Below, in pieces: positions 1-12,500 of a DNA stretch of 64,000 bases. The stretch is from Takakia lepidozioides. Taxonomy: Eukaryota > Plantae > Bryophyta. Both the position numbers and the translations under genes were made by a program. How positions within the stretch are numbered: the first letter of the stretch is position 1; the number at the start of each line of letters is the position of its first letter. The notes under the pieces were generated by a model that saw only the letters and a program-made list of their open reading frames with translations, was not told the DNA's origin and did no database searches. The stretch covers positions 19,158,001 through 19,222,000 of the forward strand of contig CM060733.1 of NCBI GenBank assembly GCA_030704615.1. The letters are read 5' to 3'.

Positions 1-542
1 ATGGCCAGACCCCACAGAACAGATCGCACACAAAATAACCGAGAGACGAATCCACACAAAACCCAACTAAACCCGAGTGAGGAAGACGCCAATCTCCTCT
101 GTTCCTGCTTTAGGGTATGGATTTCCAGACTTGTCACATAAACCCTCTCTTGAACCTTCAGCCTCTCCCACCCTCTCTGTAGTGAAAAACTTAGGTCAAG
201 GAGCCCACACCTACAGTTTACTGCCTCACTCCAGTCTTACTCCCAGTTCAAAGAAGGAAAGGATTGTCCACCACATATTCTCCAATTTCCATCAACTGAG
301 TTATGGGAGCACTAGATTCATTATTCCTTGAGGCATGAAGCTGAGGACATTATAACACTTGGTTGCACTCTCGAACAACTTGGAGGCTACAAAAACTTAA
401 AAGTAGCAGTGACATCACAAAGATCAGACATTGAACTAGTATCCTAATAGTCCTAGCTACATATATGATTTACACTTGGTGCGCCGCCATACAATGGTTA
501 CAGACCATCAGATCTCTGCACCAAAAGTAAAATGTGGTGGCT

Positions 543-3500
543 TCATTTCTTCTTAGTGGCTGGCTTTTTTTTGGCCTCTTTTGCAGGAGGGGCTGCCTCC
601 ACCTTCAGGACAGGTGGTGGTATAACATCTTCCTTACCTTCACCTGCCAAGACTAGCCTGCAGCCTCGGCCTCTGTAAACTTCAATCCATATGACTTCAT
701 GGTAAGCAATTGGCTCCAATGGCGAAAATGTGATTGTTACAATCTGCTTATGTGCTGCACTCATATAGCCTTGCCTACCAGGCAATCTGCCACTCTCAGG
801 AGTTGCAGCCCAAATAACTGGCCATATTTTATTCAGATCTCTCAAATATCCCTGCACATAATACCACTGGTTGAAAAGTGCAGCTTGGTTTTCTAATTGT
901 AGCTGATCCAGTTTAAGTTTGGTTTCATTTGCTGTTTGGTTGCTAGCTACACAATTAGGTGATTTTGTGGTTGCTAGCCCCATCTGGTGCCCCACTTGTT
1001 CTGAGAGAGAGTACTCTATCATGCAACTAAGTCCAAGCTAATCATCACACATCAATTGTACATAATCTGCATCACTTACCCAATCCACAAAACCATTCCG
1101 TGCTGCCCTTTCAACCATAACTTCGTGGCTTTCCTCAGTGACTATGCGCCATTCCACTTCAGCAAAGCTCATGTTTGATATACTGAAATCCATGGTCTGC
1201 ACGAAATCAGGGCAGACCACTGTCCCAAACCACAGGCTCTCGGTCTGCAACTGCACCTCTGGGAAGTAGAGGTCTGCATGAAGGCATATAGTCTGTACAT
1301 GCAAACAACATCAGTACTTAGCTTGGTTAACTTCCACGAACTGATTAGAGCTGGACATGTTCATTCAGACATCATCACCTAACAACATATCGCATGAAGA
1401 GTTGCCGATTGACACCATTACTCACTAGGAGTTAGGACAATGTCCCTTTCCTCCCTCTCTCAATGCCAAATGTCTATCTGTTCAGGGCAAGGCTTGAGCT
1501 TTGAATTCCTCTTTAGTCTCAAAGTTCTATGTGCTGAAGTTTTGTCCCTTCAGCCCCTAGGATCTCCTGCAGATATATTAAGTTTCTTTCCAGGCAGCTA
1601 ATTTTGATCAGTTTAGGGACTCACAGGCTTTGAAGGACCCCATGCAGTTTTGAGGACCCCAAAGTGCCTGGCAGCTTGCGTGCATGAGGCACTCAATCGT
1701 CCGTTCTTATTCGACGTCATTTCAAAGTGGTTTCTTGTTGACATTCTATTTTGTACCATGGGTCCTTTGGGCCCTGTGGATCTTATCAAGCCACTTTCTT
1801 TCTTTCTTTCTTTATAGGTTTTTCTCTTTCTCCATCTATGCGTCTCATGGAGGTACTTTCTTTCCTTTTTTTCTCCAAGCAATGCTTGGCGCCAGGAGCA
1901 CAACTCCATCTCAGATCCTAGGTGCAGAGTTCGCATGTGTACCATTGCAATCCGAGGCCCTCTTCAGGCTTACAATCTTTCTCCATAGATTGCAGGCCCT
2001 TCCACCCAAAGGGCTAGTGGCAAGGGCCCTCACAACATCTATGAGGCTCAAAGCTGCAGGTTTCAGGAACTCCTGGTATGCTCGAGTGGACAGTTTATTT
2101 CAACGTAACGGACTTTCTACTGCTTTCCTATTACCAATGAACCCAGTTGAGGTGGACATCACATCCAGACATGACCGCAACAGACTCATTCGGAGAGAGC
2201 TTATGGAATTACATGTCAAGAGAACTTGGATGCTACCCAATCTCACGACAAAGCTCCACTTCTATCGAGAGACATTCTTGGTGCTCCGCGATGATAGAAT
2301 CTTGAGACCAAATTACCTTTCAGCACCCTTATCTCCTTCCCTCTTGAGGGCATTGGGGCGGTTCAGGGTGGGTTCCCACAACCTACGGATAGAGACTGGC
2401 AGATGGGAAAACCTGCAACGGGAGGACCGCCTATGTCCAGCTTGCATAGGGCGCAGCAAGGAAATTGAAACTGAAGAACACTTCTTCTTCTACTGCCCTC
2501 TATACTACGAGATCTGTGGGAGATTTCACTGTTTATTCAGTGGAACCCAAACTCTCACTGATGTCTTTCACTATGAGGATCAAAAATGCGTGGCAGCCTA
2601 CCTACACGAGGCCTTCACCCTTAGACAATCGCTAGAACATTAATTGTGGTTTCTGGATTTGTTCCTCTCTCATGTTTTCTTCCATTTTGTCCCATAAGCT
2701 CTACGAGCTTTCCGCGGACGTTATAAAGCACCATTTCATTTCATTTCATTTCCTTTTGAAAGGCTACAATTTGTCCAGTCTCCACATCGCAGCATGGAAC
2801 CGGAGCACCACTTTTTCTGCTAATGCTACTAGATGGAGGGAGATAATATTGACTCTTAGAGCTTCCAATCCTTAGTGGAGGCCTTTCCCTTCAGCTTTCA
2901 AGATCTGAAGTGCCTCACGGCCTACCTGTTGAGGCACTTCATCTTCAGGTGACACATAATGTATTCTGAAGTACGTCTCGCATTGATCTACTCGGTTTCG
3001 TCGCATGGGCCCATCCGGATGTTATAAAGTTTTTCATTCTTTCCACTGAATTCCATAGGCTATCTGGGTCTCCCATACATATAACGAATCTACCCATTCT
3101 TTCTTGTTCGTATCTCTCCGCAACTCCTTTGGCCCTTTCAGCCTCCACTGTGCAGAAAAAATTCTCTTTTTCCCATGAATTTTCCTTGCCCCATCAGCCT
3201 TGAGGCATACTGTGGAAGTTTCTTTCTCTTACGCTTTTTTCTTTCTGCATGATGCACTTGGTTTTTGTCTGGGTGATAATAGTTCCATTTGACGCAGTTT
3301 CTGGTTTGTCCCAAGGCTTCTTGGGGTCCCTGTAACATCATGTTCTTCTCTCTCTCCTGCAAGTAACTATTTCTTCCTACTCACAATCTGTCAGAGCAGG
3401 TCTCAAGTACCATACCTGCTCATGTTTGTCTTGAAATCGAATTACCAGGTCGCGTTCAATGACTTCATCTGGAGGGTTCCAATCCCCCTCATCAACAAAA

Positions 3501-6500
3501 GGCCGAAAGCGAACGTTGAGTTGAAGTGTCCAATCTCTGGGTAACCTATAATAGTCCTTCTTAGGTTCAGAAGGTGGATCCTTCAATATGGATAGACGTT
3601 GCACTGCTTCACCATGGATTACTGGATCGAGAATGCCATGGCGGGTGGTGAACACATAAAAGGGAGGTGGGATTTCAATTGAGAACAGGACACGATCAAG
3701 GTAAGTGTTGGTTAGGAAAAGAGCATTTGTGACATATCTGGTTGCAACAGGTTCGCTACCAAATAACTCAAACTTCAGCCTCTCGTCAACATTCGCATAC
3801 AACCTGCATGAATAGTACCTTGATTAGAACACAGGGTAAAGTTTGTGTGGTCACTCTCACGTATACATGCTGGCCAAGTTCATGCCCAAGTGCTCCAATG
3901 CTGGGAAAGATATGGCAAAGATCTTTTCAAAGACTTTCATCAGTCCATTTCAATGTCCAAATGGATGATGGCTTTGTCTTCCCAATTGCTAAACCTTAAC
4001 AATAACAGCAGGGACAATCTTCCTGCAGTGTTGGTCACCTTGAAGCCAACCTTCCACCTATCCAGCTGATATGTGACCCATTTATCAAGCTGCATTGCCT
4101 GCAAGGTACTGGCGTACTGTGTTTAAAAATAGAATCACCAATGAATGATTTTTTCAAAGCTTATTTCAGTTTTCTCAACCCATGACAGCTTTTTCCACTT
4201 GTCTTTGGCTATAATAGGTCCATTAAGTGTTCAGCAGGACACTAATCCTAATGGAGCTGCTCACTTGCCACAGTGCATGGGGAACAGCAATAACAATGTT
4301 CCTATGGAAAAAAGGGAAGATATGCGAAAGTAAAGGTTGAGTCAGCAAACCTGGGCACAAGCAGGAGAGCCTGCAGCGAAATACGCAGTGGCCGGATTAG
4401 GTCAAGCTCAAGGTTTGGGGAAAATGCATCGGTAATCAAGGCATCAGGAACATCCAGGGTTGGCACTGCATACCCCTCTGCTATCAATGGCTCATCTGCC
4501 ACCGATGACTCATCAGAGTCAGAATCATGTTCCAGTCGGTGGACCATCGATCTTTTCCTACCAAAATCAGCCCAAGGCCCACCCTTCTGAGTGGGCTTCC
4601 TCTGATTAGGTTGCTCTAGATGCACATGGGCTCCGTCCCCTAGTGACGTCTTATGGATAAGCATAGACTGAAACTGAGAAGTCCGGTGAGAGAAGAAGGT
4701 GACCACATGTTCGCATATGTGCTTCGTTGAGGGTCGCCTGTATATGTATTGCTGGTTTATTGGCTCAATAGCACTGGCAAACTCAAATTTCTTGGGCGCA
4801 GGACGGCGCAGAAACTGGCCATCAAAAATTCGAGTTCTGCCCACCAGGACGGCGTGGAAGTTTCTAGCTTCCAGCGACTGAAATGTGACAACAAATTGTG
4901 AGCTGCCTGAGCCAAGTACTACCTGCCAAAATCCAGACAGAGCATGGGTCATGAGGTGACTTTCCGAATACTTTGATTGTGATCAGCAATAGAGATTAGA
5001 TCTATGAGACTGCAGATATGTATGTGCTCAAGACTAGGGTGAAAATGGGAAATAGACACTGCTGTTTCGGTTCAAACGAGAAACAGGAAGCTCTCAAAGA
5101 CAAACCACATGAATTGCAACATCCACATACGATTTGTCACCACTATCTCTGTATCAGTGCAGATGGACCTCCACTGCGTTAAGATTGTGCTGATAATATC
5201 TGTACACAACTGATCTCGGACATCCTGTGGGAACACCTGGGGAGGATTGATGAAAATTTTAGAAAGTGATACGTGTTTGGTACTGCCTACATTAACTGCA
5301 GAAATGCGGCCTGACACTTGAAACCTTTGTTGACTCATGTGACTAGTATACCTGTCTCTTGGGCACAATTCGGAAAGGTGGATTCTCAGGCGCAGCCTCC
5401 AGGAAATCTTTAAATGAAACATGCACCAGATCTTGGTACTCAACCCCCAAATGCTCTTGCAAAGATACCTGCATTGGTACATTTGGATATAGTCAGGTGA
5501 AGTCATCCCTTAGGTTAGAGCCTCACATTCTACCGATCAAAGAGATTTTTCTCTGGTCATCTCTATCCACTGTTAGTCCAGATCTAGGACTTTTTCTAGA
5601 GATAAATTTGCATACCCTCTTGCTCTGGTCAAGGATTGCATGACTAGAACCTCTAGGCCCATTTGCAGCAAGAGACTTTTAAGTGCAATCAATCCAGCAG
5701 ATGGCATCCTTCTGTTGGTTCTACGATTACGTAGCAAAAATTTTAGCCAGCACCTCATATTCACAACCAGATGCACTCACTGAACCAAAAAGAGGCTGGC
5801 ACATGCAGCGAAGGGCACCAGACATTTTTTATACATTCACATGGCATACAAATCGTTTAAGTTATACAATACTGACCACCACAAGTGTTTCATCTCCCAC
5901 GACTTTTGTCACAAGGATGGCATGCACAAGTGCCTCCTCTTCAATTTCCATCTCCATGGAACACAACAATCCATTCAGGTTTGGCTTCGACTCCTTCAGC
6001 TCCCACTCAATAACCACATGGAAGGGTGACATATTGGAGACCCAAAACGATCTGCGGACAATAGGATTGCCAGCTGGCATGGTATTCCATGTCATTATCA
6101 ACTCTGGGGTTTCTTTGATTTCTTGTAAACCACAAGGCTCCAAGTAGTTAATCCTGGAGACAAGAGGATTTCCTAGCAGCTCAATCTCCAATGGAAGATA
6201 GTACGGAGACAGATTGCCAATCTGCTTCAACCAGACATCCCAACTCACATAGTAAGGGACAATTGAAGTCATGACATCATGAGATGAACAGCAACAACAC
6301 ACCTGAACTAACGCTGCGGCTCTTGCACCATTGCAGGTTTTTGTCAGAGATTGCAAAATCTAGAATTCACGTAAGGGGGCACCTTATTAGAAAGACCCTG
6401 CAATCAGCTGGAAAGACTTGCAGAGTGAGGTTGAGGAAAGGTGATCACATCATTAAAGATAACATGAAATTCTACTATTGGTGCTACCTTGCTGGACCCT

Positions 6501-9500
6501 CAGTTCACAAAAGTAAATGGCCCACTCTCTGAAGCATACACAAGACTTTCTGGTGTCTGTCGGGCTGAGCAGTGCCCATGATAGACTCAAGCTCCTAAGT
6601 TTCTGAAGCGGTCCCATCATGAGGAAGCAACAGCTGTTCCGATGAGTAACGAGGCTCTAGCTGGCTGTCCTGCTCACTTGGCCTATAATCCAGTTCCTAA
6701 CTTGCATTCCATTGCAGTTTGGGGTGACCTGCCCATGAAAGGCCTGTAGCAAATACTGATTGGTAAGCTAGGAAGAACAAATCCCTTCAATTCAAGTTTG
6801 ACAAGATGGGCAGGTACAGAAAGAAAGAAATGAACACGTAAATAACTCTAATCCATGCCCAAGGTCCCATGACATTAAGTAGAAGAACAAGAAACAGCTT
6901 CGGAAAACACCACCCGTTGACCCAAGACGAAGAGCCTCGTGCCGGTGAGCTGCCAGGCACTTCAGGTCCTGAAAGCTCTTCCAAACCTGTTAGTATCTGA
7001 AGACACCATATTATCAGCCTTGGATAGAGCAAGGAAAACAATGGGGGAAAGGTACATTACGCATCAGAGACAGCAATCCAGTCTGAAGAGTTTCCAATTT
7101 GTCAGGTTCAGTGTCGTCAGCGTAATTAAAATGGTCAGAAAGCATACATTGCAGATGATAGTGTCCAAGTAAACGCCAGGTAGTGTGCTGAAGCAGACAA
7201 CCTCACAAGTCCACTCCGACCATGCCTTCAACACTCCAATTGGTGAAGGGTATAACAGAAATGCAATACTGCGGCCCTCCTTGATGAGTGCCTGATGCAT
7301 TGCACCCTCCACACGGCGCCATAGCATCGATTTCCCAGAACTAGAAACGTACCGAAAGTGGAGATTGTCCTCTCTTGATAGGAGCGGAGTCTGCTTCTTT
7401 CTGTTTATCATGGCTGCCTGGAAGGGATCTCTCCTGTTTGGATTGAGGGTGGACAGATGGCCAGTTAGAGATGAGAGCACCCAAAGTTCATCCTTTACAA
7501 GGGAAGAATTAGGTTCACTCCCATACTTTACCACTCTCAGTCTGACATTGGCCGTGATTGGAGAGTGGTTGCGTATGACTAACTTGAGTGAGTGTACCAT
7601 GCCAAGTGTGCACCGTCGGCCATAGTCTAAGCATGGAATTTCTGGAGCGTCAAGTGTTGGAATTTCATAGCGCCTTCCGTCACTGGTTGAACGTCGTGGA
7701 AGCAGCCTCTCTGCCCGAACCTTTTCTAGTCTCTCCAATTTAACACCCCGACCAGCCAGCTGCGACCCATCCTCCTTGGCAAGAGGAAATACATGGAAGC
7801 TCACCCGAATATCACAAATGTAGGCCTTCAGCAAAAGCCCCAGTGGAAACTGCATCTTAAAGACCTCACAAACTAGAATGCATTCAAAAGGACCTAGACG
7901 TCGGGGTGTGAACTTGAATGTTAAACTTTGTTCCTCTCTTGGTGGCACTTTGCCAGAACAGGGTGTCCACTTAATGTCCACTACCTTGTAGTCACCAACA
8001 CCATCTTGGCCCCACCAGTTGAAGCATGCAGGCAATGCTCTGAGGTTTAGCAACGTGACGTCTCTGTCAATGTCGATGTTGATGTATTGAATACCCAGAT
8101 CCATCATAGGCGGGAGTAAACAAGCCCTTGGGGCATCAATTTCAGCCCTGGCTATAGCCATCTCCGTGGGAGATCCCAGATCCGCAACTTCACACACAAT
8201 AGCTAAGCGTAGATACCCACGCTTGGTTCCAGTCAAAACCACCTTCATTCACCAAGAAATCCATTTTTGACATCATGCAAAGAGATTAGGTGACAGAGAG
8301 GAGCTTGTGCAGGTGCTCTCTGTTCGCAAGGGTAAATGGTTCAGAAAGGTCATCCTTCATTTCAAAAGCAAAGACTGGCAACCAATGATTTTAAGGATGT
8401 GATGAAGTTCTAGTGTTAATTCAAACTATGAAGCTGTCCCGACTGTCTGCTGGGCCTGAATAGCACTGAATTCCGGAGCACAGTGTCAGACACACAATGA
8501 TCCTCAACCAGGTAACATCAGGTTCAAAAATTTGGACAACATTTCCTTTTTCTTTCAGTTACAGATTACGATTGCCTAAATTAATGGACTGCCCCAAGTC
8601 CGTCACAGATAGTTGGGTGTTTCAACTGACCTTGACAGTTAAACATCCATATTTTGGAAGTTCACCACAACTTGGGTAGAAAACAAGGGCTTGCTTTACG
8701 TCATCTTCAGGATACGGTGGACCTGCGGGATACCGCACCCTTCCACACACAGTCGACAAAGGTAACAGTTCACCTTGAGAGCCCCGTCTTTCATGAGAGA
8801 ATGGTTGTTCGCATACGCCCTCATTTAATCGGTTAGAACAAGGCAGGGGGACCCCGTCTTTGAACAACTGCAAAGAGTCGCCAAACGCAGGCAGTGCCAC
8901 AGGCTTATTGTGGGAGGATCTGGAAGACAAAATGGCTGCACCTTCCGGGTCTGATGCTGAATACAGCTTGAAAGCAGCTGGAGTTGCACTCTTATTAGTC
9001 AATGTCAGGTCCAGCTCATATGGGCTGTCAATCTGCAACTTCCACTCTAAACCATATGAGAAAACAGAAAGAGGAAAAAGTAGCAATCAGTTCCTACTAA
9101 CTTCTAATATTTAACATGTTTGAGAATGTACACATTTACTGTGCCCTGTGAACATCCGCTGTGTGATACGGAAGAGGAAATGTTAAGACAGAAAACCTCA
9201 GTCACAATGGTAAAACACGCACTAGTAGCAATGAAACAGAGGACAACAGCAAGGTGTAGTGGTTCACTGTTCCAAGCTGCCATATGACTGAACAGGCAGG
9301 CCTCTGGAGGAGTCCTACCTGCAAGACAGTTAGACATAGGTGAACGAGTGTGATAACACCCCACAGCACTCATTCAGATAGACATTATATCAGCCAAAAA
9401 GAAAATCTTGAGAAGGTGACCACTGATCACAGACCATGCAGAAGGACCACTTGAAAGACAAAGTCCCTTCAAGGACAAGCTAAATAGTGGCAAGAAATGC

Positions 9501-12500
9501 AGAAAATTAACTGAACACCACCATTGACAAAGGCATGAATTGAGATAAAACATCTACTACAAGATAAATAAGTACAGGAGGGTAGCCATCCACAGACCTG
9601 AACAAGACCATAGTCAAGCATTGCAGGGGACAATGCTATGATGGGTCCCCGGACATGGCCTTCCACCTGTAGTGACAGAGGCAGCTCTCCCAGACCCAAT
9701 GGGCTAAAGACACTACAATTATGCTTTGCTTCAAAGGCTCCAATCTTCCGGGCCCTGAAAATGACTAAGACTGCCTGATTGCCATGTGCTGGTATTTCAC
9801 CAGTCAATGGTTGAAAGTAGACAGAATTTTGAACAACACCCTTTGTATAGGGTGTCCGCGGCCGCTCCCAGGAAAATCGCATTGCAGCAGGGCTGTTGTT
9901 CCTTACAATGATCTTGATATTGTGCACCATGCCAATTGTTAGGCCACCGGATACCACGAGGAGAGGAGGCACAATTTGCACGTCAAAGGGTACCCCTGTT
10001 CCGGACATATTCAATTCAAGAACTTTAAAAATCTGACCTTGATTATCTATCTTTCCTACAGTAAAGACCTCATCACAAAATCTGACAACTCGCTGGTATT
10101 CTGTGGCATCCTTCTCCATATTTGGTGCCAAGGCCTGTTTATCTTCACAAGACCCCTCTGCAAGTTTTGTCTCTTCATCTATTAGGCTTTCTACAATTAT
10201 TAGATTATCCTTGAATGATTTCCATTCATCGGAGCTAAGGGGGTGGTCCATTCGTGTGTCAATATACAAGCGGGCACGCTGTCGGTAGTTTGCCAGTTCA
10301 GGTGGTGTAAACTTGAATGTAATTGGCGTCTCAGCTTCTGCCGCAAAAACCCCAAAGCGAGGATCAGGTACAAATTCCCGTGCATCCTCCCAAGACACCT
10401 CCTTTGCATCAGGATCATCCTCCTCCTGTTTCAAAAGCAACCCTGAAGGAGCAACTTCTTCCTGATCAGCTACTCTCCAGTAAAATCGCAAAGGGACTGC
10501 GGTGTGGCTTTTAACAGTCAGTACCCTGCTCGTGTTTGCTGCAACACAACAGTTACCAAAAGTGATACCCAGCTTGAGCTCCCCTTGTCTCCATTCACGA
10601 CCATCAATCTTCTCAAAATTGACTTGGATGTCAACAGCATGCCCAGTAACTAATATTTCCCACTCCCGGCCTGTTTCAGTGGCAAGCTTTAACATGCCTG
10701 AAAATTTTCCAGCTCTAGGAGGCCGAAACAAAACAATGATTTCTTGTGACTTGTCTGCCATTAATCTCACCTTCCTCGGGTAAGCGACGAAAGGAGCAAA
10801 ATAAACAATATTTTTATCACAGTACTTTGGATCTAGATCTGCGAAACGGATGTCAGCATTCCATTCTGTCCCAATAAATGTCCATTCCAGATCATTGCTG
10901 AATCCCAACATCCCGAAATGGCCAGCTGCACCTTGGCTCACATACGTGTATGAGGTAGAGACAGAATGTCCCACCAAGCAACACCCTAGGTCCAGACTAG
11001 GAGGAAGAATCACAGTGGGAAGGGGGTGGATAGACATCAGTTTAACCGGACAGAAATCCATCTCTGATTTCACTAAAATTTCATCCTCAGCTTCATGCAC
11101 CGATGTTGGTGAGTACGTCACATCGAATTTGCAAAACATGCCTGAAATAAGTATTTTGCCTTGAAATGGGTCCTCTTCTGATGACAATGAGTATTGATCA
11201 CTCATGGGCTTTATGATCCTGCCACATTATCGGCTACTAAATCATATAGAAACAAACTAGAAAAAGGACAGCTTCCAGTATGAAAAGACCCAAAAAAAAA
11301 AGAAACGAGCCATTTTGTTTCCTTGAAGTTCACCTGCAATCCTTATCCTTTGCAAGGCTCCAAATGCAGAAGAAACCTTGTGACATCTCCCAAAATGGGA
11401 CAAGTGCGGAACGAACATAGAAAAACCAGCCTAAAAGGCCTACCAAACCAAAAGAATAAGAAACAAGCAAATTAGGGCTCATGGTGAACAGTAGAATGAT
11501 AAGAAACCCACATCAAAATACATGAAACGTGCCTGAAGACAAAGGGCTTCATGAGACATGAACTCCTTCCCAAATATTGGCTCCTTTTGAGGGCATAATG
11601 CTCCCAAGACACTTGCCAGGGTACATAAGACTCAATCCGAAATTGCCATGTGGGCACACCAGACGACAATTCGGAAAGGGGGTTTAGGCACGACATTGGT
11701 ACTATGCTAAGTGGCAAGAGGTTGTGCTGCTTAGCCTGCTCTGGAAATGAAATGCCATGTCATGGGGATGCATGGTTCCTGTTTGTGCCATTTGTTTTCT
11801 GGGGGTCACATTGGGTGGCAATTTTAGTCACCTCAACCCCTTGTTAGTGCTGAGGGTATCTCCAATAAGGAGTTTGCCAGCAGCCTCCCCTTGTTTCTTT
11901 TGCCTCAATTAAGGTTATCGGAAAAGAAATTGACTGTGCCACTAGTATTGTAGGTGTAACCTTGAGGCAATGTAGCGGAAACGAGCCCGCACAGAGCCAG
12001 TTATGAGGTTTCAGCCCAGCAGGGGATATGAGATTCAATGCTCGCCAATCACTCAGCACATCCGACAACAAACCATTCCAGGGGATTGAGTACTGTTCTA
12101 TGTGCTAAAGTAGTCATGATACTGAATATGAATTGGGTGATTCCAACACAGCTACTCTAGCCCCCTAGCGGACAGCAGTTGTGACAAATGTGGCTGTGAT
12201 AGTAACACTGGAAGAAAGAGGACAGAGCACAATTTATTATGACGGGCTGAAGAACATTAGTTCTGAAAGATCAAACCAAGAAGATGGCAAGCATCTACGA
12301 TGGAACAAGTCTAACAGAGAGCTGAAAGAGACAAAATGCAGAATGCTTAAATCAGTGTGTTTGGCACATGTATAATCTGTCAAGTCGGACGAGTAGCTTC
12401 AAATCAGAAATCAAGGGTAGAGAAGTGAAGGTACCGGAGTCGCTGGCTCCAAGGGCTCTTATTCAAGATGTGAAGGTGAGCTATGTAGCTTTTTCCAGGC

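Noticed and set aside
1684-1869. Hydrophobic N-terminus of the 319-aa ORF as a membrane protein fused to a LINE domain
   Set aside because: It is T-rich 3'UTR and tail sequence of an older LINE fragment plus intron, open by chance.
2945-3362. Two minus-strand ORFs as DLEC1 exons
   Set aside because: DLEC1 homology runs directly from KHEQ (3416) to TICLHAD (1292), and part of this region is a family A remnant.
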